A stretch of DNA of 64,000 nt from Eledone cirrhosa (taxonomy: Eukaryota): positions 61,938,001-62,002,000 of the forward strand of contig OZ024746.1 in the NCBI GenBank assembly GCA_964016885.1, given 5' to 3'. A program made the position numbers and the translations under genes. Below the pieces are notes generated by a model that searched no databases, was not told where the DNA came from, and saw nothing but the letters and a program-made list of their open reading frames with translations. Positions 12,808-27,641 of the stretch are shown in pieces (position 1 is the stretch's first letter; each line of letters opens with the position of its first letter).

Positions 12808-13322
12808 TTAGCTTACCCGCGCCTTGCTCCGTTTCACACATAAAAAAGTAGAGGCATTAACTAATAATTTTTGTTGTCATAATTCTAGTGATGTTGTCAT
12901 AGATAAAATGTCTAAAGTAGCCAAATTTTACTATAAAAGAGGATTGCTTTTTTTATTGATTTCGTTTAATTAATAGAAAAAACCCCGTGATAATAGAGGT
13001 TCCAATACTCAAGTTATGGGCTTCCAACATTTTCACTATAGGGGGTTTAACCCCCATTAGAGTGTCTTAATATTATTGAAATTTGTGATAATATTATTGA
13101 AATTTGTCATTTACCTATGGTTTAAATTTCATATAAATCGAAGAGGTTTGTGCTCCTGGGGAACCCTGTGATTAAAATGAAATATACTTATCCAAGTACC
13201 CTGGGCAATGTAATTTCAGAATATATGTGGTTATGGGGGGGGGGGGGTCTATCTCCAAAACCATAGGAGGAGTTTGTGAACAAACAAACAAACAGACAGG
13301 AACTACAACTTTATATATATGT
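12808..13322 (-). mobile_element. Non-autonomous Helitron
   Basis: 3' GC-rich hairpin-like motif plus CTAA terminus at 12808; other end CAAACAAACAGAC..CTTTATATATAT typical of these elements. Confidence 0.7.
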
Positions 13323-13540
13323 TATATATATATATAGTATCCTTTGGCACTATAGATGTAATTTGCCTAAAAGCATAACTAGTCTCTACTTGTTTTGCTA
13401 TGTCCCAATGTGTACTGGAATAAGTGGTATCGACCTTAAAATTCGACACCCTAGTGATTTCCAGAAGTTGGTTGATGAGATGGGATTGTCCAATCTTGTC
13501 CAATCTTTTCCATTGTCTCCTTGTCTTGTGCGACTCTATT

Positions 13541-13629
<89 letters not shown>

Positions 13630-13686
13630 ATTTGCTGGCATAGGCGTGCATCTGTGCGCTTATGTTAGTTGATATATTAAATTATC

Positions 13687-13735
<49 letters not shown>

Positions 13736-13806
13736 GTGTGTGTATAAATATATATATATATATAAATGATATTAATAAATGGAAACTATCTTTATAAAAC
13801 CATATT

Positions 13807-13867
13807 TATTTTATTATATATATTTCAAGGGTACCAAATTTTGGTAACGCACTCATCAGATAAAATA
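13807..13867 (-). ncRNA. Type I hammerhead ribozyme (family A, element ~13763-13920)
   Basis: TATTTTAT-CTGATGA-GTGCGTTACCAAAATTTGGTACCCTT-GAAA-TATATA-TA-ATAAAATA. Confidence 0.78.
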
Positions 13868-13919
13868 CAAAAGTTGTTTTATAAGTATTGACATATCCCC
13901 AAAAAACAAGAATCTCTTT

Positions 13920-13955
<36 letters not shown>

Positions 13956-14078
13956 AAAGTGTGTGTGTGTGCGTGTATATATATATAGTTTTAATATATA
14001 TATATGTGTGTATATATATATATATAGTTTTAATATAGATGCTCCAATTCAACACGGAATAACGTATATATAATATAT

Positions 14079-14137
<59 letters not shown>

Positions 14138-14139
14138 GT

Positions 14140-14229
14140 GTATATCGTGGGTTCAATCGGGGGTAACCTGATGATTTCTTTTGAATGAAACAGTTCCAGT
14201 CCTGTTGAAGCCATTTTTATATTAATCAT

Positions 14230-14232
<3 letters not shown>
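14140..14232. mobile_element. Family B inversion junction with hammerhead core (14168-14212, +)
   Basis: CTGATGA-TTTCTTTTGAAT-GAAACAG(ttccagtc)CTGTT-GAAGCC; stem I 5' strand replaced by the inverted 3' end. Confidence 0.65.
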
Positions 14233-14320
<88 letters not shown>

Positions 14321-14465
14321 TACACACACATACACATATATATATATATATATATCCAGGGAGTGTAACTTGGTGTTATCGTAGATTCACCCGGGTGAGC
14401 ACTCGGTGTTTAGGTTCACTTCAGTCAGAGAGTATGAAATAAAATAACATATGAAATATTTTATT

Positions 14466-14619
<154 letters not shown>

Positions 14620-14634
14620 ATATATATATATATA

Positions 14635-14707
<73 letters not shown>

Positions 14708-14739
14708 GCATATATATATATATATAGTTCGAACTTAAT

Positions 14740-14908
14740 GTAGTATGCTCAGTCGCCAGAAAATAGCTGTAAATACGGACGGTTGTATTATAAATAGCTT
14801 AGAAAATCGTGTAAAGATCACTTATAAGGGGTCTTTAAACCGATTTTCAAAGCTATTTATAGCGACCGACTATATTTACAGATATTTTCTGCATTTGAGC
14901 ATACTATA
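14740..14908. repeat. Old degenerate fold-back element between (TA)n
   Basis: TAGTATGCTCA..CAGAAAATA..ATAAATAGCTT vs AAGCTATTTAT..TATTTTCTG..TGAGCATACTA. Confidence 0.65.
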
Positions 14909-14914
14909 TTTTCT

Positions 14915-15009
<95 letters not shown>

Positions 15010-15108
15010 CATCAGCTTACTTCAAGAAACTCCAAGTACCTAGGAAGGTATATGCCAGTTTGCCATGTGTTTCATATAATATGATGTAACATTATATATA
15101 TTTAAAGT

Positions 15109-15289
15109 GCGGTGGATTGGCAGTATCGGTAGAGGGTCGGACGCCATGCTTTCCAGCAAAGTTACGACCCTTTACGATCTGAGTTCAATCCCGCCGAGGT
15201 TGACTTTGCTTTAATCCTTACGGGGTCGATAAAATAAAGTACCAGTAATGCACTGGGTAATTGCTGGCCTTGTGCCTAAAGTAGAAACA
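15109..15289 (+). mobile_element. SINE S1, full length
   Basis: Family match; ATTATATATATTTA duplicated on both sides. Confidence 0.92.
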
Positions 15290-15331
15290 ATTATATATAT
15301 TTATATATTTATATATATATAGGAAGTTACC

Positions 15332-15398
<67 letters not shown>

Positions 15399-15399
15399 A

Positions 15400-15581
15400 C
15401 TGTTTCTACTTTTGGCACAAGGCCAGCAATTACTCAGTGCATTACTGGTACTTTATTTTATCGACCCCGTAAGGATTAAAGGCAAAATTGACATCGGCGG
15501 GATTTGAACTCAGAATGTAAAGGGCCGTAACTCTATGCGTCAAAGCATGACGTCCGACCCTCTACGGATGGCCATTCCACC
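15400..15581 (-). mobile_element. SINE S1, tail-to-tail with the 15109 copy
   Basis: Reverse-complement family match. Confidence 0.9.
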
Positions 15582-15647
15582 ATATATAACAACTCTCTCC
15601 CAGGTATCGTGTAGTTAGCTAAACATGGTCTTACTATTCTAAACATA

Positions 15648-15717
<70 letters not shown>

Positions 15718-15874
15718 GGTGTGTGTGTGTATGTGTGTGTGTGCAAACCGTGGAATTTTTATTAAGTTTCTACCAACCACCAGGAAGAGGCGTAGAAGTA
15801 ATTAGAAAAAACTGCAATAAAAATCCCAAGTGGTACAAGTTACAAATTAGTACTATGTTGATGATGAGGACATT

Positions 15875-15960
<86 letters not shown>

Positions 15961-16647
15961 CATAGACGTACATACATACATACATATATATCTAAACATG
16001 CACAAACTAGCACAGATACAAATACAAATACTCAAATTTATAAATATGTGTGTATGTATGTATGTATGTATGTATGTATGTATGTATGTATGTATGTATG
16101 TATGTATGTATCTATGTATGTATGTATCTATGTATGTTCTTCTAGTTTTGCAATTTCACAAATTTTTGCCAATAGAAAGGGAGTCGGTTTCTATTATAGA
16201 CATAAGGCCCTTTCATTGGAATTTAAACAACATAAACTAGGTAGATATGTATGCATGTGTGTGCAGGTATGTATGTATGTATGTATGTATGTATGTATGT
16301 ATGTATGTATGTATGTATGTATGTATGTATGTATGTATGTATTTATGTATGTATTTATGTATGTATGTATTTATGTATGTATGTTCTTCTGGTTTAATAA
16401 TTTTAAAAATTTTTGCCAGTATGTATATATGCATGCACATAAGTATATATGTATTGATATTTAATTTCAGTACTAAAGATTGTACAAATATAATATATAT
16501 AAATTTAATAAACTTCTGACCAAAATATAGTGTAATATATATTATATTTGTTATTTTTAAGAGTTGGTAGATGCGTCACAGTCGCATGCGTGTATATTCG
16601 TATGTTTATATTCAATTTATGTATATAAGTAACCAGCGAACATTAAC

Positions 16648-16750
16648 CCGTCGAGGTTAACTTTGCTTTTCATCCTTACGAGGTCGATAAAATAAAGTAC
16701 CAGTAATGTACTGGATAATTGGTGACCTTGTGCCAAAAGTAGAAACAATT
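16648..16750 (+). mobile_element. SINE S1, 5'-truncated
   Basis: GAGGTTAACTTTGC...GTGCCAAAAGTAGAAACAATT. Confidence 0.85.
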
Positions 16751-17029
16751 AATTAATTTGAATATATATAACACTTTTTCCACATTTTTATTTATATTTC
16801 AGTCATCGAATTGCGACCATACTGGAGCATCCGCTCTAATGGGTTTTGTCTAGTAATTATTTTACCGAACTCGATCAGAATATAGGCAAGGTCAATTTGA
16901 ACAAGATAGTCAGAAGACAAAAAATACCAAAAGCGGTTATTAATAGGTTAATTACGTTGCCAAACGAATGTATATCACGGACATAAGATTCCTATATTAA
17001 CTCCGACAGGTTTGCTGTCTCCCCCCCCC

Positions 17030-17088
<59 letters not shown>

Positions 17089-17213
17089 AATATGATAATA
17101 ATGGAGCTGCGGCGTTGCAAATGGGTTACATATGAAAAAGTTTGTCCTTCATCAGTGGCCTTCCAACCGTCGTAGGCATTTCGTCGCTTTAAAGGCCATA
17201 TACCTCAGGTTGG

Positions 17214-17951
17214 TGCGAGCAACGGCCAAAAAAAGTCGTTGGGACACGTAAATAAAGGGGACGCTAGGGTAAACAAACAAAATGGTTTAAGCAACAGAAA
17301 GTGATGAAGAAGAAAGAAACAAGTCCCAGATTTCTATGAATATAAATTCGGTGGAATCGTGAACGAGAGAATAAAGACCATCAAACCTGGTTGAAATGTG
17401 AGCAAGGAAGGAATTTCGCACAGGTCTAACGGGAGGAAGAAGGGGTCTGGTCTGCGAATTCGGTAAACATAAGTTCTGTGAAGTCGCAGACGAGAGAGAG
17501 AGAAAAGAAATTCATACCGGCTTGGCCAAGTGCCCGCGAGAAAAGGATTACGGACAGGTCAAACGGGAAGAAAGGGGAGGAGGAGAGGTAGTGACAGAGA
17601 GTGAGTGAGTGAAAGGTGAGGAAGAGGCTAACAGAGAGAGAGAGACTGCTTGAATTTTTTTTCTCTCTCTCTCGTCTGCGACTTCACAGAACTTATGTTT
17701 ACCGAATTCGCAGATCAGACCCCTTCTTCCTCCCGTTAGACCTGTGCGAAATTCCTTCCTTGTTCACATTTCAACCAGGTTTGATGGTCTTTATTCTCTC
17801 GTTCACGATTCCACCGAATTTATATTCATAGAAATCTGGGACTTGTTTCTTTCTTCTTCATCACTTTCTGTTGCTTAAACCATTTTGTTCGTTTACCCTA
17901 GCGTCCCCTTTATTTACGTGTCCCAACGACTTTTTTTAGCCGTTGCTCGCA
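17214..17951. repeat. Long inverted repeat, arms ~300 bp (17214-17514, 17651-17951), spacer ~136 bp
   Basis: Arms read as near-identical reverse complements. Confidence 0.92.
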
Positions 17952-18050
17952 AAAAGTGTTTTATAATGTATATAAAGTATATAAAGTATATAAAGTAAAA
18001 TCGTTTTCGATGTGTTAGTAAAATTCATCTTATCAAATGTTGAGTATTAC

Positions 18051-18213
18051 AATTTAAAAGAATTAATAAGGATTAAAAACTAAAAATTAAAGATTTAAAA
18101 TTAAGTGTTGAGGTAAGTTTTTGCATCTTCTTGTTGAGAAGGAAGATGCAAAAACTTACCTCAACACTTAATTTTAAATCTTTAATTTTTAGTTTTTAAT
18201 CCTTATTAATTCT

Positions 18214-18221
<8 letters not shown>
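18051..18221. repeat. Fold-back palindrome ending on (TA)n
   Basis: Arms of ~80 bp around 18136. Confidence 0.85.
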
Positions 18222-18269
<48 letters not shown>

Positions 18270-18308
18270 GATATTAACAAATGGAAACTATATTTATAAA
18301 ACCATATC

Positions 18309-18374
18309 TATTTTATTATACATATTTCAAGGGCCACCAGAGCAATCTATGGTTCGCTTTCATCAGATAAAATA
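18309..18374 (-). ncRNA. Type I hammerhead ribozyme (family A, element ~18268-18502)
   Basis: TATTTTAT-CTGATGA-AAGCGAACCA...TGGTGGCCCTT-GAAA-TATGTA-TA-ATAAAATA. Confidence 0.78.
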
Positions 18375-18499
18375 TAATATAGGTTAGTTTTATAAATAAA
18401 TATTGACATACCCTTAAAAAATGCAACCATTCTGGTTGGAATCTATATATTTGCTTGTTTAAATATTTGCTATATATTTGCTTATTTAAATAGAACTTT

Positions 18500-18536
<37 letters not shown>

Positions 18537-18573
18537 GCAATGAAGGAGTAATCTATCGTCCTTGTTAACCTTT

Positions 18574-18786
<213 letters not shown>

Positions 18787-18851
18787 ATATATATATATAA
18801 TTAATTCTTTTTAATTATATATATACACACATATATATATATATATATATA

Positions 18852-19808
18852 CTAGCAGTGTATCCCGGCGTTGCACGGGTAAGAACATTGGTAATAGCAC
18901 CTCCAATGAGAAACGTTTATTTGTGGGTGCCTGTTAAAAACTCGCGAAAATATACCGACAGGAAACTTCTTTTATTTGGAGAAAATTAAGAAGTTGAAAG
19001 TACAGTTTAGCTGTCTACGTGCATTGTTCATAGAAATATTGTTGAGCCCCTTCTTTTCATACTCCTCTGTTTTGGCCTTTTGGAGTAAATGTGAAAGAGA
19101 AAGTCACAGGTTAAGTTGGCAGAAGGTTCCAGTGTCATAGCAGTAAGGCGTAGTCTACTTACCTCAAAAGTTCATTCGCACTCTTTCCACTAAGTTACTC
19201 TTTCTCTCTATCCCTCTCGGTGCAGTCCCTTGCGAATTTCTCGCATAGTCCTGGTGTAGATTTTCACCCAATCCATCTACCCGATGCACATGGCCGCTTT
19301 GTATGGCTTATGGAGGAAGGAGTGACCAGCAGTACGTTGTTCGGCGTGAACTAACAGCTCGTGAGGAAACTGCTTACCTGGAAGATTCATTCGCCATCGT
19401 TCTTGTCAACGCTCCGTTTACTTGGTATTTGTTGGTCTACAGTTAGATGAATGGCGTACAAAGGGTTAATGTTTATAGGCAAGAAGTTTTTTGAATAATA
19501 AAAGACGGGTTAAAGCGACCTACAATGTATCGGTGTATATATATATAATCTTTTAAGGAAGTACACCAGTCCAGCCTCCTGTTATTTTACAATAATTAAC
19601 TCCGTACTCGTACCACCAACAACACAAACGAAGACGGGTGAGTTGCGTTATGTTGAGTGCTCTCCATAATATTACATCGAGGTTGACCATACGGAATGAC
19701 CAGTTCTATCCAGTGGTGAAGCAACAAACCTAAATATATATACATATACATATATGTGTGTGTGTGTGTGTGTGTGTGTATGTATGCATATATATATGTA
19801 CATATATG

Positions 19809-19841
<33 letters not shown>

Positions 19842-19971
19842 ATATATATATAATATATTTATATATATATGTGTGTGTATGTGTGTGTGTGTATATATAC
19901 ATATATTTTTATGTGTATATTTATATATATGTATATGTGTATATATATATATGTGTGTGTGTATATGTGTT

Positions 19972-20018
<47 letters not shown>

Positions 20019-20121
20019 ATATGTGTTTGTATATATATATATATGTATATGTGTATATATGTGTGTGTATATGTATATATTTGTATAGATATATATATGT
20101 GTGTATATATAAGTATATATG

Positions 20122-20171
<50 letters not shown>

Positions 20172-20478
20172 TAGCGAAGATAATACGTCAGCAAGGACGT
20201 GTTGGTCAGAATGTCGTTATGCAGACAGATCTGTATGTCTGCATACAGACAGATATTATAAGGGCTCGACGGAGATCGATAACCGGCGTCGAACATCCCT
20301 TTAACAACAGAAAATTGAAAAATAAAAGCTGCAGTTAGTATCTTTAGACCGCAAGGAATATATAAATGCAAGTTTGAAGTCAATCGGAGTAGAAATGTGG
20401 ATTTGTATAGACTTTTCAAAAATAAAGACACACAGACACACACACACACAGACAACAACAGTTTTATATATATATAGA
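18852..20478 (-). mobile_element. Non-autonomous Helitron with nested microsatellites and a (TA)n-inserted element
   Basis: Minus strand starts TCTATATATATATAAAAC, ends with hairpin CCCGTGCAACGCCGGG then CTAG; sits between A and T. Confidence 0.75.
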
Positions 20479-20629
20479 TAGATTTTAATTTTTTAATTTT
20501 TTAATTTAAATTGCCATGCAAAAATATTATAATGGTTGTCACCCCACTGTGCATCGATATATACTTATGTTTCTGTATGTCTCTTGTGTTGGAAAGGAGG
20601 TCATGTATGTAAACAATCATTGAAAAATT

Positions 20630-20674
20630 GCTCCGAAGACTCCAAACCTCGGTTTGGACGAAACAATTGTAAGC
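20630..20674 (+). ncRNA. Decayed type I hammerhead
   Basis: GCT-CCGAAGA-CTCCAAAC(ctcg)GTTTGGAC-GAAAC-AATT-GTA-AGC then AATAAA; U4 is C; 3' end also at 3283-3333 (-). Confidence 0.68.
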
Positions 20675-20980
20675 TAATAAATAGTTTGAACAGAACTTTG
20701 ATTCATGTGATTTCTATATATAGATAGATATATCTATGTATATAGACATATTTATATCTTGCATATATTTATATTTATATATAAATATTCATTAAAATTG
20801 TTGGCAAGACATTTCGAACTAAACAGTTACTGTTAATACTATATATTATTTTGACTCCATTAAAAGTTCTTGACACGTTCATTCCATGCATGCTTAGGGC
20901 ATCTAATGCACGGACCTACATATACATATATAATATATATACACACACACACACATATATATATATGTACACACACACAT

Positions 20981-21037
<57 letters not shown>

Positions 21038-21110
21038 CACACACATACACACACACACACACATATATATATATGTACACACACACATACACACACACAC
21101 ATATATATAT

Positions 21111-21142
<32 letters not shown>

Positions 21143-21194
21143 GTACACACACACATACACACACACACACATATATATATATATACACACATAC

Positions 21195-21229
<35 letters not shown>

Positions 21230-21375
21230 AATGTATATATGCATATATATATATATACATATATGAGAAAGTATGGTCATGGTCATACTTTCTCCTATTA
21301 CCCACTCTACTACCCTAAGTATTGAGTTCTCTGGTGCGTTATGGTCCATCTGGTTCCTTACCACAGCTCCTCCGT

Positions 21376-21412
<37 letters not shown>

Positions 21413-21469
21413 ACATATATATATATATATCTATATATAAGATCAAAAGATGGTTAAAAGAGTTCCATG

Positions 21470-21540
21470 TATTTTATTATGCGCATTTCAAAAACAAATA
21501 TCATCATGCAATAACATTTGCGTTTTCGTCAGATAGAATA
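21470..21540 (-). ncRNA. Type I hammerhead ribozyme (element 21440-21598)
   Basis: TATTCTAT-CTGACGA-AAACGCAAATGTTA..TGATATTTGTTTTT-GAAA-TGCGCA-TA-ATAAAATA; palindromic loop III. Confidence 0.82.
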
Positions 21541-21597
21541 GGGAGACATGATATGAAGGTTAAAACACACTTGTGAATAGTGCAGTTTTAAATCAAC

Positions 21598-21701
<104 letters not shown>

Positions 21702-21845
21702 TGTCTGTCTGTCTGTGTCTGTGTCTGTGTGTGTCATAAAACACCCACCTATATAATTACATAGTGTACAACATGCAATCTATTTTTGTCAGACACTCTT
21801 GGAATGCCACATGCATTCTCACTGAATTAAATAATGAATTCACAC

Positions 21846-21958
<113 letters not shown>

Positions 21959-21963
21959 CTATA

Positions 21964-22006
<43 letters not shown>

Positions 22007-22038
22007 ATATATATATGTATATATATACATATATATAG

Positions 22039-22081
<43 letters not shown>

Positions 22082-22194
22082 ATATATATATACACATACC
22101 TATATATATGTGTATATATATATACATGCATATATATGTATATATTTATATATAAATGAATATATATATAAATATATATACAAATATATATATG

Positions 22195-22282
<88 letters not shown>

Positions 22283-22342
22283 CATATATATATACACACA
22301 CTTATAATTTTAAATATATGTATATATATACACATACATATG

Positions 22343-22413
<71 letters not shown>

Positions 22414-22962
22414 ACACAAACATATGATTATAGAACTTGTACAAAGTAATGTTTTCCCTTCACCACTTTCATCTTTACTTTTTGATTAATGGAATATATA
22501 TTCCATTTCTCTGCTTCTTTTTTCGTTTTTCTCAAATCACTGATTTCTTTAATGTCTCATTCCTAGTATTTAACTATGAGTGATGTTATTTAACATTTTA
22601 ACCAAACGCAGCACTAGTGAATTATATATATCGTTATATATTTTATTTATATAGCCATTCGAGTATTTAAATTATATAGAGAAAACATAGGTGAACTGGG
22701 CATTTTTTGATTCTTTCTAAAATGTACTCCCTCAGAGTATTTCAGGATTGATGTATTGATAAAATATTTATTGCAACTATTTGAAAGTAAAATTTGTGTT
22801 TTTTGTAATTTTCGTGGAAGTCCATAATTATTTTATTTTCATGACACTCCAAGAATGTTATCCATGTAAAATCCATTACAGGTGCCATGCCAAAGTTAGT
22901 CTCCCAAAACTACCTGTCATAGTCTCACACTCTGGTGTAAAAATAGCTGATCCTTGTTTAAT

Positions 22963-23240
<278 letters not shown>

Positions 23241-23242
23241 GT

Positions 23243-23284
<42 letters not shown>

Positions 23285-23304
23285 TTATACACACATATAC
23301 ACAC

Positions 23305-23391
<87 letters not shown>

Positions 23392-23422
23392 TACACACAC
23401 AGAGACAAACACACAGATATAT

Positions 23423-23456
<34 letters not shown>

Positions 23457-23483
23457 CATATATACACACACACAGACAAACAC

Positions 23484-23531
<48 letters not shown>

Positions 23532-23579
23532 ATGTTACGTTGATGGACGTGAGTATGATTACTCGAAACCAAAGTTTAA

Positions 23580-23749
23580 ATATTTGTTTTTATTAAAACT
23601 AAGTGATGAGTCTTGTTATTCTGGAGTTTCACCTGTGTACCTGTACACTCATAAGATTATCGAACAGTCATGTCTGACAATCCTGTGAGTACACAGGTGA
23701 AACTCCAGAGTAACAAGTCTCATCACTTAGCAATATTAAAAACAAATAT
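23580..23749. mobile_element. Fold-back centred on hammerhead stem II
   Basis: GTACACAGGT-GAAAC-TCCAGA-GTA (23699-23712), mirrored on the left arm. Confidence 0.72.
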
Positions 23750-23757
23750 ATATATAC

Positions 23758-23837
<80 letters not shown>

Positions 23838-24345
23838 CATGTTCGTCTGTAATATATGTGTGTGTATGTGTGGGTGGGTGTGCATGTATGTGTGTGTGTA
23901 TGTGTGGTGTTTATCCGTGCCTGAGCGCAAATTTACACCGATCATGGTTTACATAATTCATAGAAGAAGTGTTCGATGCGTTATGCGGTGTCGGAAAAAG
24001 AAGTATTCCCTAATTCTCTATTCCTCTCTAACGGTGTCGTTCAGTCATAGGTCAACTTTGATCTATAAAATCAACTTTGATCAAGACATCCAGCTCAGGA
24101 ATGGCTATAGATAAGGGTTGTCTTTCATTCTTAATAAAATATATAAGTAAATCAAGACGTTGAATTGGCAGAATTGTTAGAGCAGTGAACGAGGGGCCTT
24201 GTGATATTTGTTTCGACCCTTTGCGTTCTGAGTACAAATCCCGCTATGGCCAACTTGTGTAGTACACTTAATCTGCCCAGTTTAACGCCCTTACCTGGTT
24301 CTTAGGCGCCTTTAATGGAATCAGTTAGGTTGAAAATATTCTTAC

Positions 24346-24401
24346 CAGGTCTCCGTTGTTGAGAGTAACTTTCTTCCACTCCTCAGTCAGTCTCGGAGGT
24401 C
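24346..24401 (-). CDS. Candidate 56-bp internal coding exon (xPPRLTEEWKKVTLNNGDL), gene unknown
   Basis: Acceptor CTATTTTCAG, donor CTG|GTAAGA, open frame, non-repetitive and GC-richer than flanks. Confidence 0.4.
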
Positions 24402-24557
24402 CTGAAAATAGTTATAGGCACTCACCTCCTCCTTGATTAAAGAGCACATCTAATACTCCTCCCCCTCATATTTTTGGAAACGATGTAGAACTGCATTTGT
24501 CATTCATCCTTTTAAAACTGAGTAACCCCGTAGCAAGAGATGGTGCAAGATTTTAGA

Positions 24558-24640
24558 ATTGGGACATCAAGTATGTAATTTGTAGAAATTTATAGAACAA
24601 ACAACAAATTTCTACAAATTTCATACTTGACGACTCAATA
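24558..24640. mobile_element. Mini mariner-type MITE
   Basis: Palindrome of the 6989 family. Confidence 0.75.
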
Positions 24641-25367
24641 CTTATGGTGAACTACAAGTGCCTACGAACCTCAAGGGGGTCGTCTGTACTGAGAAAAAAT
24701 AATAAATTTTGAAACTTACAAATCCATAGGAATGTAATTCGTATTAAATTACAGTTTTTCTCTTAAGACTTAAACTATTTTTCATATGGGTATTTAATTA
24801 GTGTTTAAAAATTTAATTGAGAGCGATATTATTTCTCCTGAGTGAGAGGTACTCCATCTCTGACGTAGTGGCTTCCTTCATGTTCCTGTATTAGAATCTT
24901 CATTTTTTATATAGGGCTGTGTTTGTTGTTCAGAAGAAAAATGAGTTCATTTAAGGATTTATTTGTTCATTTTCAATTTCCATTTAGTCCCTAATTTGTC
25001 CTATAATCTTTTTATGGTCGATAAAGTAATCATCAACAGCTTGATACATGATTCAATTTGTAAAAAGACTTAACTTTTCTTCCATCTTTGTTGAATACTT
25101 CCTGAACTTAACTGATACCTACACATAAGTATTGAGGCGGAGCGGGTTGTGGAGCATAGGGAAGACTTTTATATGGCTGAAGAAATTTGGTGATGTTATT
25201 GTTATTTAATCTTAGATCGATCCTAATCGAACAGAAGATCTATGATCAAGTATATTTCAAATGTGACCATCTCTTTTTCTTCTCAAGTATAGTGTATCTA
25301 AGACTTCATTATCCAGTGTGATATGAGTGAGATTTGGCTACTATTTCTAGCTCGTCAATCAATTATT

Positions 25368-25445
25368 TTTGGGTCGTCAAGTATGAAATTTGTAAAAATT
25401 TCGGGAAAAAAAAAATTCTACAAATTTCATACTTGACGACCCAAT
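25368..25445. mobile_element. Mini mariner-type MITE
   Basis: TTGGGTCGTCAAGTATGAAATTTGTA / TACAAATTTCATACTTGACGACCCAA. Confidence 0.8.
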
Positions 25446-25841
25446 GTGTTTATTGAAGGCACTGAATTCTACCACCTTACTCAAATGATTAGACGAAGCC
25501 TCTGTAAAATATGGGAATAGAATAGGATTTTGAGGAATTCATGTCAAGATATTGTCATCGTATATTTCAATGAGCAGACAAAAGATATATAAGAGAAGGC
25601 AACATCAGAACCCGGCTCGGTGACGCAGAGGGTGACTTTGAATGCCAAGTTTAACAGAAAAAAAATAGTGGGCTAAGTTCTCGCTGGTTACAGCAACAAG
25701 AGTGAGGATAATAAAAACCCGGATCATTGCCCTAGAAACTTAAAATTCTGTTATACGAGAATCCTTTGAACAAGTCGTTTCGTACATTAAATGTTTGTAA
25801 AAAACTGATATTATCAACATCTTAGAGCTTGAACTAACTTA

Positions 25842-25997
25842 CCGTATTTCCCGGCACCGAAGACGGACGCACCTTAATTTTGACAACCAAAAATTTGAAA
25901 AAAAATAATAAACAACCTTCGGCCTCCAGGACGCATGGTTGATTTTTGAGACTTATTTTAGGGGGAAAAGTAGCGTCTTCAACGCCGGGAAATAGGG
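25842..25997. mobile_element. Tc2/pogo-like MITE
   Basis: TIRs CCGTATTTCCCGGC / GCCGGGAAATAGGG, TA on both sides. Confidence 0.8.
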
Positions 25998-26196
25998 TAT
26001 TCTCCGGGGGCAGCATCAATTGTCCTACCTCTACTGTAACTGTTAAACCTGCTGATATTAATGACACATCTACTGTTTAATCAGCCCTTCCTCTGACATC
26101 TCAGATTTCCCGAGTGTCTTAGACTTGAAATTATTAGTCTCTCAGTAACATTTAAATGACGAGATTTAGAGACATCTTTCATTATAAAGCAGTGTA

Positions 26197-26410
26197 GGGC
26201 GGTGGATTGGAAGTATCGATAGAGCATCAGACACCATGCTTTGTAACATTGAGTTACGCCCCTTTATGTTCTGAGTTGAAATCCCGCCGAGGTTAACTCT
26301 GCGATTCATCCTTACAGGGTTGATAAAATAAAGCACCAGTAATGCACTGGGGTCGATTTAATCGACTTTCCCCTCCCCCAAAATTGATGGCCTTGTGCCT
26401 ATTGTAGAAA
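26197..26410 (+). mobile_element. SINE S1 long variant (extra GGGGTCGATTTAATCGAC hairpin)
   Basis: Family match; TSD TCATTATAAAGCAGTRTA at 26179-26196 and 26411-26428. Confidence 0.92.
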
Positions 26411-27641
26411 TCATTATAAAGCAGTATAAAGCAACAATGCAAAGATGGACGGTAAATTTCGAAAATATTTGAAAGCAGCGAAGATGTTTGTGTGCTACCT
26501 GCCAGTTTATCGACACTTCATTGCCTTCAAATCTCTGAAATTTACCGCTCATTTTGCATTTTTGTAGGCTTCAAATAAAACATTTCTTTTTAAACTACAA
26601 CCAAGGTTTCAAGCAAACTATAACACCATTTTACTTTTCAATACTCGTGGATTATCAGAATGACTTAAACTTAAACAAGCAATGACTTAAACTTTAAGCC
26701 TCCAGTAACATTGATTGGTTCCTAATTACAATGAAAGACGATATTTGGCTATGTTATACCCTGGTGACGTCTTCCTCCTAGATTTGGTTTCGTCTTTCTG
26801 TTGCAACCTGGACGTCAGCAGTTGATGGGTTTCCTATTATTCAAATGCTATAGAAACTGTATTGTTTCTTAAACTTTCCAAGCAGTCCACAAGAAGCAAC
26901 AAACGTTTGCATGACTTACTCAACTTCTTGATTAAACTGATTAAATCAATCTAAAGCTTTTTGCTGAATAATAACTTGGGAAAATGGCAAATGATACCGT
27001 GAGGCGTTATTCATCAAAACACTTGGCAGTTTTTCCGTTATTTACTACGATTTTACTTCGTATATATTTTAGTTTTAAAGTGTTATACTCGAGTTTTGTA
27101 TGGCGTTCTATATTTTGTCAGATTGATTCATTATGATTTTTAGTATTGTCAATGCAATTTCTAATGATTCCGCAACCGCATTTTTCTTTCCCTATTCAAC
27201 ACCTTTTATAATCTTTCATTTGGTATTTAATGCTATTCGTTTATGTTTGCTTAACACGATGGAATAACTTACAATTGTACATGCCTACACAAGTGGCATG
27301 ATATAACACGAAAACACATCCCCAGAACGCAAATTCAGATAAAGTGTGACTAAGTGAGTGCTTTCTAGTCTGTGTGCCAATAAATCAACGAAATAGGTCC
27401 GTATGAAGGGAAATTACAGCACGAACAAGCAACAAGAAGTGTATGTTTTCTTTTATTAATATATTTTCTGTTCATTTTCCATGATTTTGTCTTTAAAATT
27501 ATGGCAATATTAAGGTAAGCATAATTACGATAAAGCTTTATTAGTTAGCAAATAAAACCTAAAATATGATATGAATGTTTATGTTATGTATATATATATA
27601 TACAATATATAGGATCAAAAGATGGTTAAAAGAGTTCCATG

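Noticed and set aside
17616-17831. 71-aa ORF in the inverted-repeat arm
   Set aside because: No recognisable domain in any frame read
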